DNA of 64,000 nucleotides, taken from contig OZ360233.1 in NCBI GenBank assembly GCA_977017645.1, positions 21,452,001 through 21,516,000 of the forward strand, given 5' to 3'. The position numbers were made by a program, and so were the translations under genes. Positions 1 to 11,499 of this stretch are shown one piece after another. Position 1 is the first letter of the stretch; every line of letters starts with the position of its first letter. The stretch comes from Torpedo marmorata (taxonomy: Eukaryota). A model generated the notes under the pieces. That model worked only from the letters and a program-made list of their open reading frames with translations. It ran no database searches and was not told where the DNA came from.

Positions 1-518
1 GTTGTATTTTTATACAGTAAGTGTAACGGTGCCTGGAACGGGATGCCAGGGAAGCAGGTACGATGGGAGAGTTTAACAGGCTTCTGAAGTGACACACGAA
101 AGTGTACGTGCAGACGTTTAGTTTACTTTGGACATCACGTTTGGAGTAGACATCGTGGGCCGAATGGCTTGTTCCTTTGCTCTACTGCTCCATATTGTAT
201 GTTCTCATTAAAAACTAGACAATAGCCCACGCTATAATATTCAAAAGCAGTATCCTGAACACAGGGAGTTCGCAAGTCTCTCCCTAATTCAACGTCAGCA
301 AACTGACTCCAGTCTGAATTGTGCAAGGATATGTTAAGATAGAAAAGGTTACGTTTACGGGCTAGGGCCGTGTCGTTCTTGTAATATGCGGAATTAGTTC
401 AAATTTAATTGGAAAATATGTCATTAAAATGGCCCCACGGGTCTTTGGTGGAATGGGCAACGAACGTGTTTCTCAGACTGCATCTCCCGGGGTTTCTGGT
501 ATGGCATGTGCCACCGTG

Positions 519-581
519 TGAGGTATAGCAGTGGCACCAGACTGATGTTTGGAAAGGGGACGAAACTCCTCGTGGAATCAA
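519..581 (+). CDS. TRAJ: J segment RYSSGTRLMFGKGTKLLVES
   Basis: nonamer GGTTTCTGG 491-499, 12 bp, heptamer CACCGTG 512-518, donor GTAAGT. Confidence 0.9.
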
Positions 582-729
582 GTAAGTGTGACAAATAAGT
601 CATTGGGTTACGCACAAAATGGTCACGGCTCAATATGACACAATTCCATCCGTCGAGTCTAGCTCTTTACAGGCTCTTCGGATCACTTATCCATATCGAC
701 CAAGTTCTCTCCTGGAACTGGTCCCTTTT

Positions 730-1150
730 GTCTGCGTGTGTCCTATATCCCTCTGCATGTTTATTATCCGTCAATCCAATCGTTTTATAAACTTTATAAT
801 TGTACCCGCATCTCTCACCTCCTCTGGCATTTCGTTCTGTACAGAAACCAACCTCTGCGCAAGAAGAACATTTCCCGGTGCTGTTCCCTGGTGTACATTT
901 TAGGTGGAACTAGACATAGCAATCTCAATTTCTCTGAGATTTCCGCCTCTCACCGTAACCTCTTATCTGACTATTTACCTGATTCATGCCCCCATGATTT
1001 TATAACCTGTAGAAAGTCAACCCTCAACCTTCTCTGCTCCATGGAGTAAGGTTTCTGATTTTACAACCTCTCATCATAACTTAAGCTGTTCGTTCCCAGT
1101 AATAATCTCATGAATATTTTCTGCATCCTTTCTAACATAATGACATATTT
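730..1150 (-). mobile_element. Degenerate CR1-like LINE 3' fragment (also in the duplicated copies); boundaries approximate
   Basis: Resembles the reverse complement of the CR1 ORF2 end/3'UTR seen at 11500-12055. Confidence 0.55.
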
Positions 1151-1901
1151 AGTTTCCGATTCAATTTGTGGACCTTTCCTTATCTCTGTGTTGTACACAA
1201 AGGGGAGGGAAATTGGAAGCATATTTACACTGTAGTGTGGCAGATACAAGTTGGTATTTGGATAACGGACGAAGCTGCCTGTGATTCCGAGTGAGTGGGG
1301 AATAGTTCGTATTGGACTTGTTTCATGCTGGAGATATACATATATTGCAAATTTCATCAGAGTTTGAAAATGCAAATTTAGGACGTTATGTAATGTATAG
1401 GTAAATATCATTGAAGTATTGTTAATATAATTGAAAATGTATTGAACCTGCAAAAGATTCCACTCGAAAACAAATATCATCGAAGCCAATACCATCAACG
1501 TTGAAGCATATTGCTTTCGACCATGGTGGAGTAAAAATAAACATAGAGAGGATAAGAAATAGATGCAAGAGTAGACCATTCAGCTTCTCGAGCTTGTTCC
1601 TCAATTGAACTAGACGATTGCTGATACTTCAGCTCAAAACCATTTCCTCTGCTCTCCCCGTATTCCTTCAATGTACAGATATTCATCGATCTCCATTGTG
1701 GGTGAAAGTAGCTCTCCGCTGTACATAGCTACAAATAGCCATCACCCTGAGTGAAGTTATTTCTCCTCAATTCACTTCTAAATGGCCGAGAGCTCATTCA
1801 GAAAATATCCACCCCTTTATTTTAAGGGTCACCAGCCGCCTACTTTGTAGTTTGGTCCCTACTCATTGGCAAGAGTTTTTGTACGTCTATCACACACTGT
1901 G

Positions 1902-1963
1902 GCCGAATGCTGGGGGATACGATCTCATATTTGGATCGGGTACGAAACTTACAGTTCAACCAA
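1902..1963 (+). CDS. TRAJ: J segment PNAGGYDLIFGSGTKLTVQP
   Basis: nonamer AGTTTTTGT 1874-1882, heptamer CACTGTG 1895-1901, donor GTAGGT. Confidence 0.92.
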
Positions 1964-2216
1964 GTAGGTTCAAGACGGTTTGTCTGGACTCTTCCAAGGG
2001 TATCGGTTTTTCAATGGTAGCCGTGTGCATCATTATTATGTAACAGAGAAGGTGAAAGCAGGTGATCCAAACAAGTGAGAAATACATCCATATATACTTA
2101 ATGGTGCTTTGTTTTGTCTACACTCTCGATTGTTGTATCTGAGTCGTGTAATGAGCATGGTGCGGACGTAAGATAAAATGGAGTGAATGGTCTCTGTTTG
2201 GGAATTGGACGCTGTG

Positions 2217-2279
2217 TGACTTATACCAGCACTAACGTCGTTGTCTTTGGAAGTGGGACACATTTGACTGTGTAAACGA
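2217..2279 (+). pseudogene. TRAJ: J pseudogene TYTSTNVVVFGSGTHLTV*
   Basis: RSS GGTCTCTGT/CGCTGTG 2189-2216; in-frame TAA 2273-2275; donor mutated to ATAAGT. Confidence 0.87.
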
Positions 2280-2419
2280 ATAAGTCATATCTTATATTTA
2301 TAATGGCATATAAGAAGACTGGTGACAACGCATATTAAAGAGATTCTGACAAACTATTATGGGATTACGTTCATAAATTGAGTCAATCTGTGGAAACGCT
2401 TAACTTTTCAGGGCAAGAC

Positions 2420-3025
2420 TTTAACCAATATTGGTGCTTTCTTTCCATTTGGAAGAACTTAAAGAGGCAATGTGATCTGCAGAAGGCATTATAGGGGTGC
2501 AGGGTCACTGAAACCTTGGATGTACTGATGGTAACAGAATAGGTTGAGACGTTTGTGAATAAAAACAAAGGGAATCCTGCAGGAGATTGTGCAAAGATTT
2601 CGTGTGGAGCTGGTTTGGTCAGAGCGGGAGTATTGGACCTATGACAGACCTTCAAGGTAGGATGTAGAAAGCTCGTCTTATTCTGGTCAGAGCAGAGGAG
2701 GCAAGGGGGGGATGCGACCCAAGTGGCCTGAGGCATGAATGTTCAGACAAACCAAAGTGATCTGCTCTCGTTGGCGGGAAGAGGAAACAGAGGTGAGATC
2801 ACTTGCCATAAAAAGATCGCAGCGAGGAGTGATGACTTTGAGTTCATTGAAGGGAATTTGGAAGCATATTCAACCACAGCTTTCAAGGGGGAGTATACCA
2901 TAGTACAGATGCAGGTGTGGGAAGGTTGCAGATCTGTAAATAAGAGCCCATGGAAAAGGTCTTGGATTAACAGATAACATAGAGGTTTAATGAACCAAAT
3001 AGCCCACTTCTGTGTTCGTTGAGCT
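2420..3025 (+). mobile_element. Degenerate CR1-like LINE 3' fragment; boundaries approximate
   Basis: Remnant 'gcattataggggtgcag...' (ALERVQ-like) and CR1-like 3' tail. Confidence 0.5.
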
Positions 3026-3225
3026 TCTTGGCAATCAAATAAATTGCCTAAAGAGGGACTTTCTGCGTCCTAACGTTTAGGAAACGCTGCGAATAATAAA
3101 CTGGTGTCCCTGAACGTGTTATTAGTGGCAATAGTTAACTTGGTAACTAATTCCAAAACCTTTCAGGAATTTCACGTTCAGGAAGTTTGATTGGGAACTA
3201 AATCAGGGCAATGCATTCAGAAGCG

Positions 3226-3267
<42 letters not shown>

Positions 3268-3402
3268 AGAAGCGAACATTGTCCAACTATGGAAGAGGCA
3301 GGCTAATATCAGGATATTGAATCAAACTGACGGTGTAGCTCAGTGAGTGATGATATTCTCACGTCAGCTTCCACGGTTGACAATGGTTGGTGTGATAGTG
3401 TG

Positions 3403-3459
3403 TGAATCATTGGAAATCCGTGCTTATATTTTGAAGTATATCATTGATTGCGAGACCCA
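3403..3459 (+). pseudogene. TRAJ: Degenerate J pseudogene (LIF*SISLIARP), type C
   Basis: heptamer-like TAGTGTG 3396-3402, TTT TGA in place of FG, donor GTAAT. Confidence 0.65.
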
Positions 3460-3616
3460 GTAATAATTTGAATAAATAATAGCTCAAATCTAAACTTTCG
3501 TGAAAACTCACAAAATTGGTGATTGCTATTTTATCTTTTGAAATAAAATATGCAATAACAGTAGTGCAGCGGGAGGTCAACTAAACTGAGTTCTTGTGAG
3601 GAGTTCACATGCTGTG

Positions 3617-3679
3617 TGAGTTCTGGAGGGTTCAACAAGATAGTATTTGGAAGCGGCAGCAGGCTAATGGTTAATCCTG
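3617..3679 (+). CDS. TRAJ: J segment SSGGFNKIVFGSGSRLMVNP
   Basis: nonamer AGTTCTTGT 3589-3597, heptamer TGCTGTG 3610-3616, donor GTAAGA. Confidence 0.88.
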
Positions 3680-3862
3680 GTAAGACCTCAATATTCAAAT
3701 ATAGTTTCATTCTTCTACACTCCAGAGAATAAAATCATAACCTGTTTTACCTTTCCCTGTAATTCAGTTCCACATGTCCTGTCAAAATCCTTGTCAATCT
3801 TCTCTGCACGCTTTCAATCAAAATACCCTTGTGGTGTTTTTGTACCGGTGATTAGTACTGTG

Positions 3863-3922
3863 TGGATTATAGTAACACTGGTCTGACATTCGGCCCAGGA
3901 ACGAGGTTAACAGTGAAGCCCA
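3863..3922 (+). CDS. TRAJ: J segment DYSNTGLTFGPGTRLTVKP
   Basis: nonamer TGTTTTTGT 3835-3843, heptamer TACTGTG 3856-3862, donor GTAAGT. Confidence 0.92.
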
Positions 3923-4282
3923 GTAAGTTTTTAAAATGCTAATTCATCAACGACCTTCTCTTTCTGCTTCATTTGTATACCTGGTTATCAGATTTCTAGA
4001 GATGTGATATAAAATCGAGCAATTCGTATTATCCTGAAGTATTTTTCAATATGCGGCTTTAATCTGGAATAATAACACGGACAGGAGAGACTCCTGGCCC
4101 AGCAATGGAGGGATCGGAAAGGGAGAGGAGAAAATAACCTTAATGGGTCATGAGCAGAGTAGAAGAGAATAAAGTTAGAATCAAATGTTGCACGTTATCT
4201 CATTGCTTGGACTGCATGAGGTAAAAGCATGTCTGAGTAATTGGTGCTTGCAGAGGTTTTTCTGACGGGGTTGGGCATTCTG

Positions 4283-4344
4283 TGAATAACTTGGGATCCA
4301 CGCCTCTCGTCTTTGGAAGTGGCACCAAACTGAATGTAGACCCA
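4283..4344 (+). pseudogene. TRAJ: Probable J pseudogene NNLGSTPLVFGSGTKLNVDP
   Basis: nonamer GGTTTTTCT 4255-4263; heptamer CATTCTG lacks terminal GTG; weak donor GTTGAT in the wrong phase. Confidence 0.75.
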
Positions 4345-5112
4345 GTTGATGGTTTCATCCACTACCAACCACCAGTTGCTTGAGTTCTAATATCTCGTGT
4401 ATATCCTTTAGTAAATTATTATCGTCTATCTAATGTTTACCAATAGTGTCGACGATCTATTTCTGTTAAAAAAACATATGGGCAAGTAAACTGCAGCCTT
4501 CTTCTCACCAATTAAATAATCCATATATATAACTGGGTAATATTTATTTGTGAATGTTACTAGTTTCCCGCTGGTCCTGATTGTGTTGTTGTAGTTTCAT
4601 GCAAAACTATTTGTTGTTCCACATCTGGAGGAACTCGTCAGTAAATAAGCCCTGGGGTTAATCTAACAGTACTGTGTATACCTTTCATTTTGATTTCAAT
4701 GTGATTTGAAATCTTGTCAGCGCTGAGTCTTCCTCAGGTCAAAGTAACGGTTTTCTTATACTGCTTCAGAATTTAAAACGGAATCACAATCTGGAATTTG
4801 TAAATGCATCTTGCCCCATATTATTCGTTGTCAATAGGTCGTGCAACTGTTCTGTTATTAGTTGTGCAGTGTGGATTCTGGCACAATAAATAGGAGAGGG
4901 TGTGTTTGTTATTGCGATCGAGGTGGACACAAAAATATAGAAGAGGGTGGTCGAGATCATTGAAAGGCTGGGGACTTGATTTACAAATTAGGTCCAAACA
5001 ACAAACTATTGGGGATATGCGCATGAAACACGTATTGGTTGTTTAATGTGATGAAGTTCTCCCCTGCAGCAATGTATATCCTGGTGTTTTTGTACAGGCA
5101 GTTGGTAATTTG

Positions 5113-5178
5113 GGTACACTGGTGGAATTGCTGGGAAGTTAACATTTGGATCAGGAGCCAGGTTAACTGTCACCACAA
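5113..5178 (+). CDS. TRAJ: J ORF YTGGIAGKLTFGSGARLTVTT with defective heptamer
   Basis: nonamer TGTTTTTGT 5085-5093; 12-bp heptamer position reads TAATTTG; donor GTATGT. Confidence 0.75.
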
Positions 5179-5407
5179 GTATGTATTTCAAAGGGCAGTT
5201 TACGAAATTCTTGTTGTCGTGTCGAATTGTAATAACTGGTTTCTGCCTTTTAAATACCTGGTCGAAATTGACGAAAGACGAAATAAACTGCAAATGTATG
5301 AAATCTGAACCAGAAAGAGTTATCGCAGGGAGTGATTAACAAGTCAAGCATCGTCAGTAAAGAAGGTGACAGAGACAACATTTCAAATCAGACACCTTAG
5401 CTAACCG

Positions 5408-5697
5408 CTTCTCTATCTCTCTCTCTCTCTTTCTCCCTCTCTCTCTCTCGCTCTCATCTCTCTTTTCTCTACATCTTTCCCCTCTCTCCTCTATCTCCTC
5501 TCTCTCTTTCTCTCCCCCTCTATCTCCTTTCTCCCTCTTTCCCTTTCTACCTCCTCTCTCTCACTCTCCACTCTCTTTCTTTCCTCCCGCCTGCGTTTCT
5601 CACATGCTCACCTCTCTCATTCCTCCTCGCACTCTCTCTCCCCATCGCTTCTCTCTCCCCCTCTCTCTCACTCTCTGTATCCTCTCCTTCACTCTAC
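5408..5697. repeat. CT-rich low-complexity tract followed by N run 5714-5923 (copy at ~19843-20127, N run 20144-20297)
   Basis: Direct reading. Confidence 0.9.
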
Positions 5698-6487
5698 AGT
5701 ACGCGTTTTCGTTNNNNNNNNNNNNNNNNNNNNNNNNNNNNNNNNNNNNNNNNNNNNNNNNNNNNNNNNNNNNNNNNNNNNNNNNNNNNNNNNNNNNNNN
5801 NNNNNNNNNNNNNNNNNNNNNNNNNNNNNNNNNNNNNNNNNNNNNNNNNNNNNNNNNNNNNNNNNNNNNNNNNNNNNNNNNNNNNNNNNNNNNNNNNNNN
5901 NNNNNNNNNNNNNNNNNNNNNNNCGACTTTATCTTTTAATAGAAACAAGAATCATTCTCATCTGGATTAATGTCCGGCCATTTGATAATAAGTTCGTCTA
6001 TGCACTTCAACCAAGAGTCTCTCACAGTAATTTAGTCGCGTTCAAATAATACTTAGATAGATGCAAAAAGAATAGGAAACTCTGCCGAACTAGGAGACCG
6101 TTCTCGTAAAGGTTTCAACATGTATTAGATCTGATTATTTAAATGCAGTCCGGTCAGCATACCCGCGGATTTAAGGGCTGACGCATCAGATATTGGAACA
6201 ATTCACAAAAGCCACCGCTTACTTTTGAAATCGATTGGATCCTCTGCATTGTTTAAAGAACTCCAATTATTTTTACGTGCGTTCTGTGCAGTAAGATTTC
6301 ACGAAATGTTTACAGTCCATTTGACTTATTGGTTTCGAGTGACTACTTATTATTTTGGAGGGAATTCTATTAAAGGCATATTGATCATGTGTAAATGAGG
6401 TAGGAATGAGAACAATGTCGGTCTAAGATGTCATTTTCAAGATCAAAATAACCCGGAGGTGTTTTTGTATCGGTGATTCGCATTGTG

Positions 6488-6544
6488 TGAATTCTGCTAA
6501 TGACATAACATTTGGCCCAGGGACGAGGTTAACAGTGACGCCCA
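6488..6544 (+). CDS. TRAJ: J segment NSANDITFGPGTRLTVTP
   Basis: nonamer TGTTTTTGT 6460-6468, heptamer CATTGTG 6481-6487, donor GTAAGT. Confidence 0.92.
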
Positions 6545-6921
6545 GTAAGTATTTCAAGCATACTTCACCTTCCTTGTTATCTATCTGTTAAATTGATGGA
6601 TTCTGTTTCCCGGCTCCAGAACTGTGGTCTAACACTGAGGAATTCGTATGATACAGAAATATAGTAATGGGTTTAACTAAGTGCAAAGGGTCGTTGGAAA
6701 ATATTTTATTTTGCAAATAGGACAGGGTTGAATCTTGTCGGAGGAATGGAGAGGGGTGTCCGAGTAAGAAAGGAAACGTTCCAAGATGATTCAGTTTCGG
6801 GGTAATAGGGGATTGAAACTCCAGTCAAATGTTATGACTTGCTCTGACTTCCTCTGGGCTGCGTGAGGATACGGGCCAACTGAGTAACCGGAAAAGTTTT
6901 GTGACAGGGTTCAACGTTCTG

Positions 6922-6973
6922 TAAATGGCTTGGGATCAGCTCCTCTCATATTCGGAGGTCACCTTCGAACCCA
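6922..6973 (+). pseudogene. TRAJ: J pseudogene NGLGSAPLIFGG.. with FR4 deletion
   Basis: nonamer-like 6894-6902, heptamer CGTTCTG, deletion after FGG, donor GTAAGT; paralog of 4283. Confidence 0.8.
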
Positions 6974-7740
6974 GTAAGTTGGACAATACCTTTATATGTT
7001 GCTCAGCAACCAGTTGCACGTCCGTACATTTAGTGTGTGTAGCTTATTGACACATGGTCAGAGGTGACATGTAGTCAGCCATCATATCCTTTTCAAAGAA
7101 AGTGTGGGCGTGTAATCAATTATATGTTACTCAGCCACGGCCTTTTGCTGTCCAACTTAACGGCGAATATTCATCACAAATTGTATTCTATTTGTAACTG
7201 TGAGGAACTGCCTATTACATTTTTATAATAATGTCGCACCTTAATGGAAAAAAAGGGTATGTTGTTCCAAATCGGGAATAAATACAAGCAGTTTCAGATC
7301 CCCCTGAAATGTTAAAATCCGACAGAACATGTGATGAATCACGTCCAAAGAGAATTAGGTCACAAATACGCGCTTGAGGTTAATCCACCAATACTTGAAC
7401 ATTTACAGTGCGTCTATCAACTGATCTCTGAAATCGTGTCAGAAATAAATTATACTCCGTGGAAGGGATGTACTTCCTGAAGCTGTTTCATGGCCATTTT
7501 GTAAGGAATAAATCTTGTTAGACAGTTTATCGTTCTTAAGAAATAAATGTCAGGTCTTCAGTTGTGAGTTCGGCAGAGTGAGTTCAGGAAGTAAATAACC
7601 TGACAAATAAGCCTGATCTTCAATACTGTGATCGAGGTGGCTATGTTTCTATTGGGAAAAGTGAAAAAAGACATTGTATCGATGACGAGAGGATGGAAAG
7701 GTTGGGTTTAGAAGAAGGAGGGTGGGTTTATTCAAACAGA

Positions 7741-7962
7741 AGGGTGGCACGGTTGGCGTAGCGGGTAGCGCAACGCTTTTACCGCGCCAGCGACCAGGAC
7801 CGGACCGGGGTTCGAATCCCGCGCTGTCTAAAAGGAGTTAATATATTCTCCCCGTGTCTGCGTGGGTTTTCTCCGGGGCTCCGGTTTCCTCCCACCGTTC
7901 AAACATCGTACCGGAGGTGTAGGTTAATGGGGGTAACTAGGGCGGCACGGACTCATGGGTCT
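7741..7962 (+). mobile_element. tRNA-derived V-SINE (HE1-like)
   Basis: A-box TGGCGTAGCGG, B-box GGTTCGAATCC, V-domain TTCTCCCCGTGTCTGCGTGGGTTTTCTCCGG..CTCCGGTTTCCTCCCAC. Confidence 0.85.
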
Positions 7963-8583
7963 AAATTATAAAAAAAAATATCCTAAAGGACACGCTGAGA
8001 GGCTGCGATGCCTGAATCTAGACCAAAAGCAATATGGCGGAGGTTCTCAGCGGGCCGAGCAACGAGATTTGGAAAAAAGGAATGAGCGACGTCTTGAACG
8101 TTTGCAATCCGAAACGTCGACCATTCTTTTCTCTCGATCGAGTGAGTTCCTCAGGCAGATTTTGTTTTGCTTAAGATCTTAATGGGCCTTGGCAGGGTTG
8201 ATGTTGAGGTATTCAAGGTTCAAGTTTCCTTTCATTTCCACGAAATAATACCTTAAAATGTAATAGTGAGAAGAATGTCGAGTGAGGGGACATAGTTACA
8301 AAATAACGGGCTGGTGACAGATGTGTTAAAGATCAATGAATTTAAAGGCATTGGGGAATTGGGGAGAGAAAGGGAGTTAAGGCCTGGAGCGATCTGCCAT
8401 GGTCATGTTGAATGGTAAAGCAGGATGGAGCGGTCTGGTGGTGTAGACCTATTCGTACTTGCTCTTCTGCTCTTGCATGCTTCAAACCTAACGGGAAGCA
8501 ATCTGATTGGGAGTCGAGAAAACAAGGTCAACCTGGTATTGAATATAGTCCCGGGTGTTTTTGTACTGGTCGTTGATACTGTG

Positions 8584-8649
8584 TGAGTTCTGTTGGGGGC
8601 GATAGGAAGATAACGTTCGGACCAGGAACAAGGCTAACCGTGGCTCCCA
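8584..8649 (+). CDS. TRAJ: J segment SSVGGDRKITFGPGTRLTVAP
   Basis: nonamer 8556-8564, heptamer TACTGTG 8577-8583, donor GTAAGT. Confidence 0.92.
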
Positions 8650-9071
8650 GTAAGTTATCCCTACCCAATTTCTCAGTACGCTGAGCCAGAATAGTTCATC
8701 TGGGTTCCAGATTTTCAAAAGAACCTCGAAAATTAGAAAATGCATCACCATTAAAAAAATACTACATGTTGGTAATTAGAAATAAAAACGCAAACGCAGG
8801 AAAATTATAGCAGGATAGTCAGAGTCGGGGAGAGAGGCGTGGAGTCAACGTTTCATATCAATGGCCTGTCTCCCTTTCTCTCCATACATGCCTATTTGAT
8901 TGCTATAAATGCATTCAAAACTGCAAACTAAGATAATACATGCTCATACTGAAGCATAAGATGCATATATTTCATGAGAAAGATGGGAGTACCAGAAGGA
9001 GATAGAGTTGAGTCGCTATTCTCCGGACAAAACAGCCTCGGGGTGTTTTTGTACCCGTGAATAGTACTGTG

Positions 9072-9131
9072 TGAATTCTGGTGTTAACGTTCTGATATTT
9101 GGACCAGGATCGAAGTTGACCGTCATACCCA
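9072..9131 (+). CDS. TRAJ: J segment NSGVNVLIFGPGSKLTVIP
   Basis: nonamer 9044-9052, heptamer TACTGTG 9065-9071, donor GTAAGT. Confidence 0.92.
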
Positions 9132-9642
9132 GTAAGTGTTTCAAACAAAATTTGATCCACGTTCATCTCTTTGCGTTGGTCCTTTTTAGAAATGTGAAAT
9201 AAACAGGGTCGATTCGCAGTGTCCAGAAAAAATTGAAAGAATTACTTTAATTCGGGTGTACAAGGCATTGGGAATAACTGTGCTATTAAAATATAGGTGA
9301 AGCCCTCCCCATGATTAGAGATAGATATGGGGAATAATTGAAGGGAATATCCCAAGATGGACTGGGCAGGAGAATTACTTGCTATCACTTTGAAGGTATC
9401 CAGAAGTGCTGGTGGAGGCTGCTACAACAGGAACATTCAAAATACACAGAGAGTTAAGAAAAATGGGTTATGGGTGTGAAGTAGGAAGGATTACATTGTT
9501 GCGCAGTAGGTTTATATAGGTCGGAAAAATATTGTGGGCTGAGTGACCTGTAACTATGCTGCAATGTTCTATGTTCGACGGTAACAAGATAACTGATTAA
9601 CTGTTGAAGAGAAATGGTTTTGCGGCAGGTTTGAACATTGTG

Positions 9643-9700
9643 TGTGTGGAGACATCCCCCCTCACGTGCGGACGTGAGACCAGCCTCACCGTAGAACCCA
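9643..9700 (+). pseudogene. TRAJ: Atypical J ORF CVETSPLTCGRETSLTVEP (FGxG replaced by CGRE)
   Basis: nonamer TGGTTTTGC 9615-9623, heptamer CATTGTG 9636-9642, donor GTGGGT. Confidence 0.75.
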
Positions 9701-10149
9701 GTGGGTGGAAGAAAATGTCGTTGGATTCAGCACCACCAACCACCAGTTGCTCATGTCCAGCTTAGTGCGAGCGATCTGATAAAATATTTTAACCTGTGTA
9801 TTTTCTGGCGGAGCATCCTCTGGATATGTGGGTGTTGCATATTACTCTGTTTGGCCTTTTGCTCCACACCTTCAAAACATAAAATGAAATAAATAATTGG
9901 AGACAACACTCAGCAGGTCGCGCAGCAGCTGGGGAGAGAGGAAGAAAGACGTAGGGTCAACGTTTCCGATGAATAACACGTTCGGAACTGGCTAAATAGC
10001 GTCAGAGTAATCGGAGATACAGCATAGAAACGCCATGCTTTGGTCCACCGTGCTAGCGTCGACTGTCAACTATCCATTTCTGTTATCCCTACATTAATCC
10101 CATATTTTATCATATGTTCTATTCCACCCACCCCGGGATCTCCCACAAT

Positions 10150-10332
10150 GGTGGCTATTTCCAGTGGCTAATTAAACTTTGGATGTGGGTGGGAGGGACG
10201 GGAAGAATCCAGCGGGTAACCAACGTCGTCGCAGAGATATCGTGCGAACTCCACACAGACAGCACCCGAGGTCAAGATTGAATCCGGATCTCTGGCGCTG
10301 TGCGGCAGCGACTCCACCAGCTACGCCACACT
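10150..10332 (-). mobile_element. V-SINE, reverse orientation (copy at ~24510-24696)
   Basis: Reverse complement has a tRNA-like head (GTGGCGTAGCTGG ... GATTCAATC) and V-domain. Confidence 0.75.
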
Positions 10333-10389
10333 ACGGTCCTAAAGTTCCAATGAAAGTTCATTGTTCCGGGATGTTAACTCATGTTTCTT

Positions 10390-10845
10390 AGAACATTACA
10401 GCAGAGTTCAGGCCCTTCGGCCCACTATTATGTGCCGACTTATATAAGCCTACTCAGCAATCTAACCTTCCCTTCCTCCCACGAGTAACCCTCTATATTT
10501 CTTGCATCCTCGTGCCTGTCTAAGAGTTTTTTAATGTCCCTATTGTACCAGCCTCCACTACCATCCTGCAATGCATTCCTGGCACCCACTCCTCTCTGTG
10601 TAAAAATAATTATCCCTGATTTCTCCCATAAACGTTTCTCCCCTCACCCTATGCAGATGTCCTCTAGTATTTGCTACTGTCGCCCCGGGAAAAAAGGATG
10701 CTGGCTGTCCACTCTATCTATGCCTCTCATAATCTTTTCGACCTCTATTAAGTCGCCTCTCATCCTTCTTCGCTGCAAGGAGAAATCCGTACATCTAATA
10801 ACTTTGCCTTATAAGACACGTTCTCCAATCCAGGAATCATCCCGT
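10390..10845 (-). mobile_element. CR1-like LINE 3' fragment
   Basis: Reverse complement resembles 11620-12055; 'ggcccttcggcccac' 3' tail. Confidence 0.7.
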
Positions 10846-11198
10846 TTCACCGAAGACAGAGATTTGCTTTCCCTGAAATAATTTAAGAATTGCAAATGTG
10901 GGTTTTATTGAAAGGCAACAGATGGGCAAAGATTGACTGTGGATATTGGCAAATCGCCTGGTTGTAGAAAACAATATAGAGGATAACCGAGTGTATGTTA
11001 ACTGCAAACTTTCTGTGACTGGAATAAAACTTTTCAGAAGGATCCGTGAGGGATATGGAAGTTATACAAATGAATTAAGGGATCATGAAACTTTCTGAAT
11101 CAAATGCATGGAAATTTAACCCATACCTGGCAGAGTAAAAGGTCAAAACTGCATAAGTTTTGACTGAGTGGGTTTTTGTGGTGGCGAAAGACAATGTG

Positions 11199-11261
11199 TG
11201 AACTCAGGGGTTGCAGGGAAACTGATATTTGGAGATGGAACACGATTAACCATAGAACCCA
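11199..11261 (+). CDS. TRAJ: J segment NSGVAGKLIFGDGTRLTIEP
   Basis: perfect nonamer GGTTTTTGT 11171-11179, heptamer CAATGTG 11192-11198, donor GTAAGT. Confidence 0.93.
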
Positions 11262-11499
11262 GTAAGTAGTAAAGCAGGTTGGTGAATATTCAGCAGTACC
11301 CATGAATGAACATAAATTATGCAATGCTGCAAGACTGAAATTTAATTTTAAAAATGATACCGACTCTAGGAATTTCAAGCAGCATCTGTGGAAAAGGAAA
11401 CGGAGACAACGTAGACGTTTGGTTTTCCGTTTCTCTTTCCATAACTCTTAACTTTCCAAATGAATGTTACAGGGAGAGATAATTAGATGTCCGGTGGCA

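Larger units (their letters stand above)
3229..3709 (+). repeat. Junctional insert copied from 45.94-46.42 kb, starting in a (CA)n microsatellite
   Basis: Near-identical to 45943-46424 and 17647-18143; absent after the equivalent site at 31984. Confidence 0.93.

Noticed and set aside
1061-1579. 172-208 aa minus-strand ORF present in all three periods
   Set aside because: No recognisable domain; its length varies between copies through frameshifts; recurrence is explained by the recent duplication
4845-4895. CAGTGTG followed by GATTCTGGC, resembling a J start
   Set aside because: No FGxG-coding sequence or splice donor follows and the nonamer is unconvincing
5604-5948. ORFs spanning N runs (also ~20030, 50580, 54461, 62488)
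   Set aside because: Artefacts of unknown bases and adjacent low-complexity tracts
7741-7826. tRNA-like sequence with A and B boxes
   Set aside because: Head of a V-SINE followed by the V-domain, not a tRNA gene
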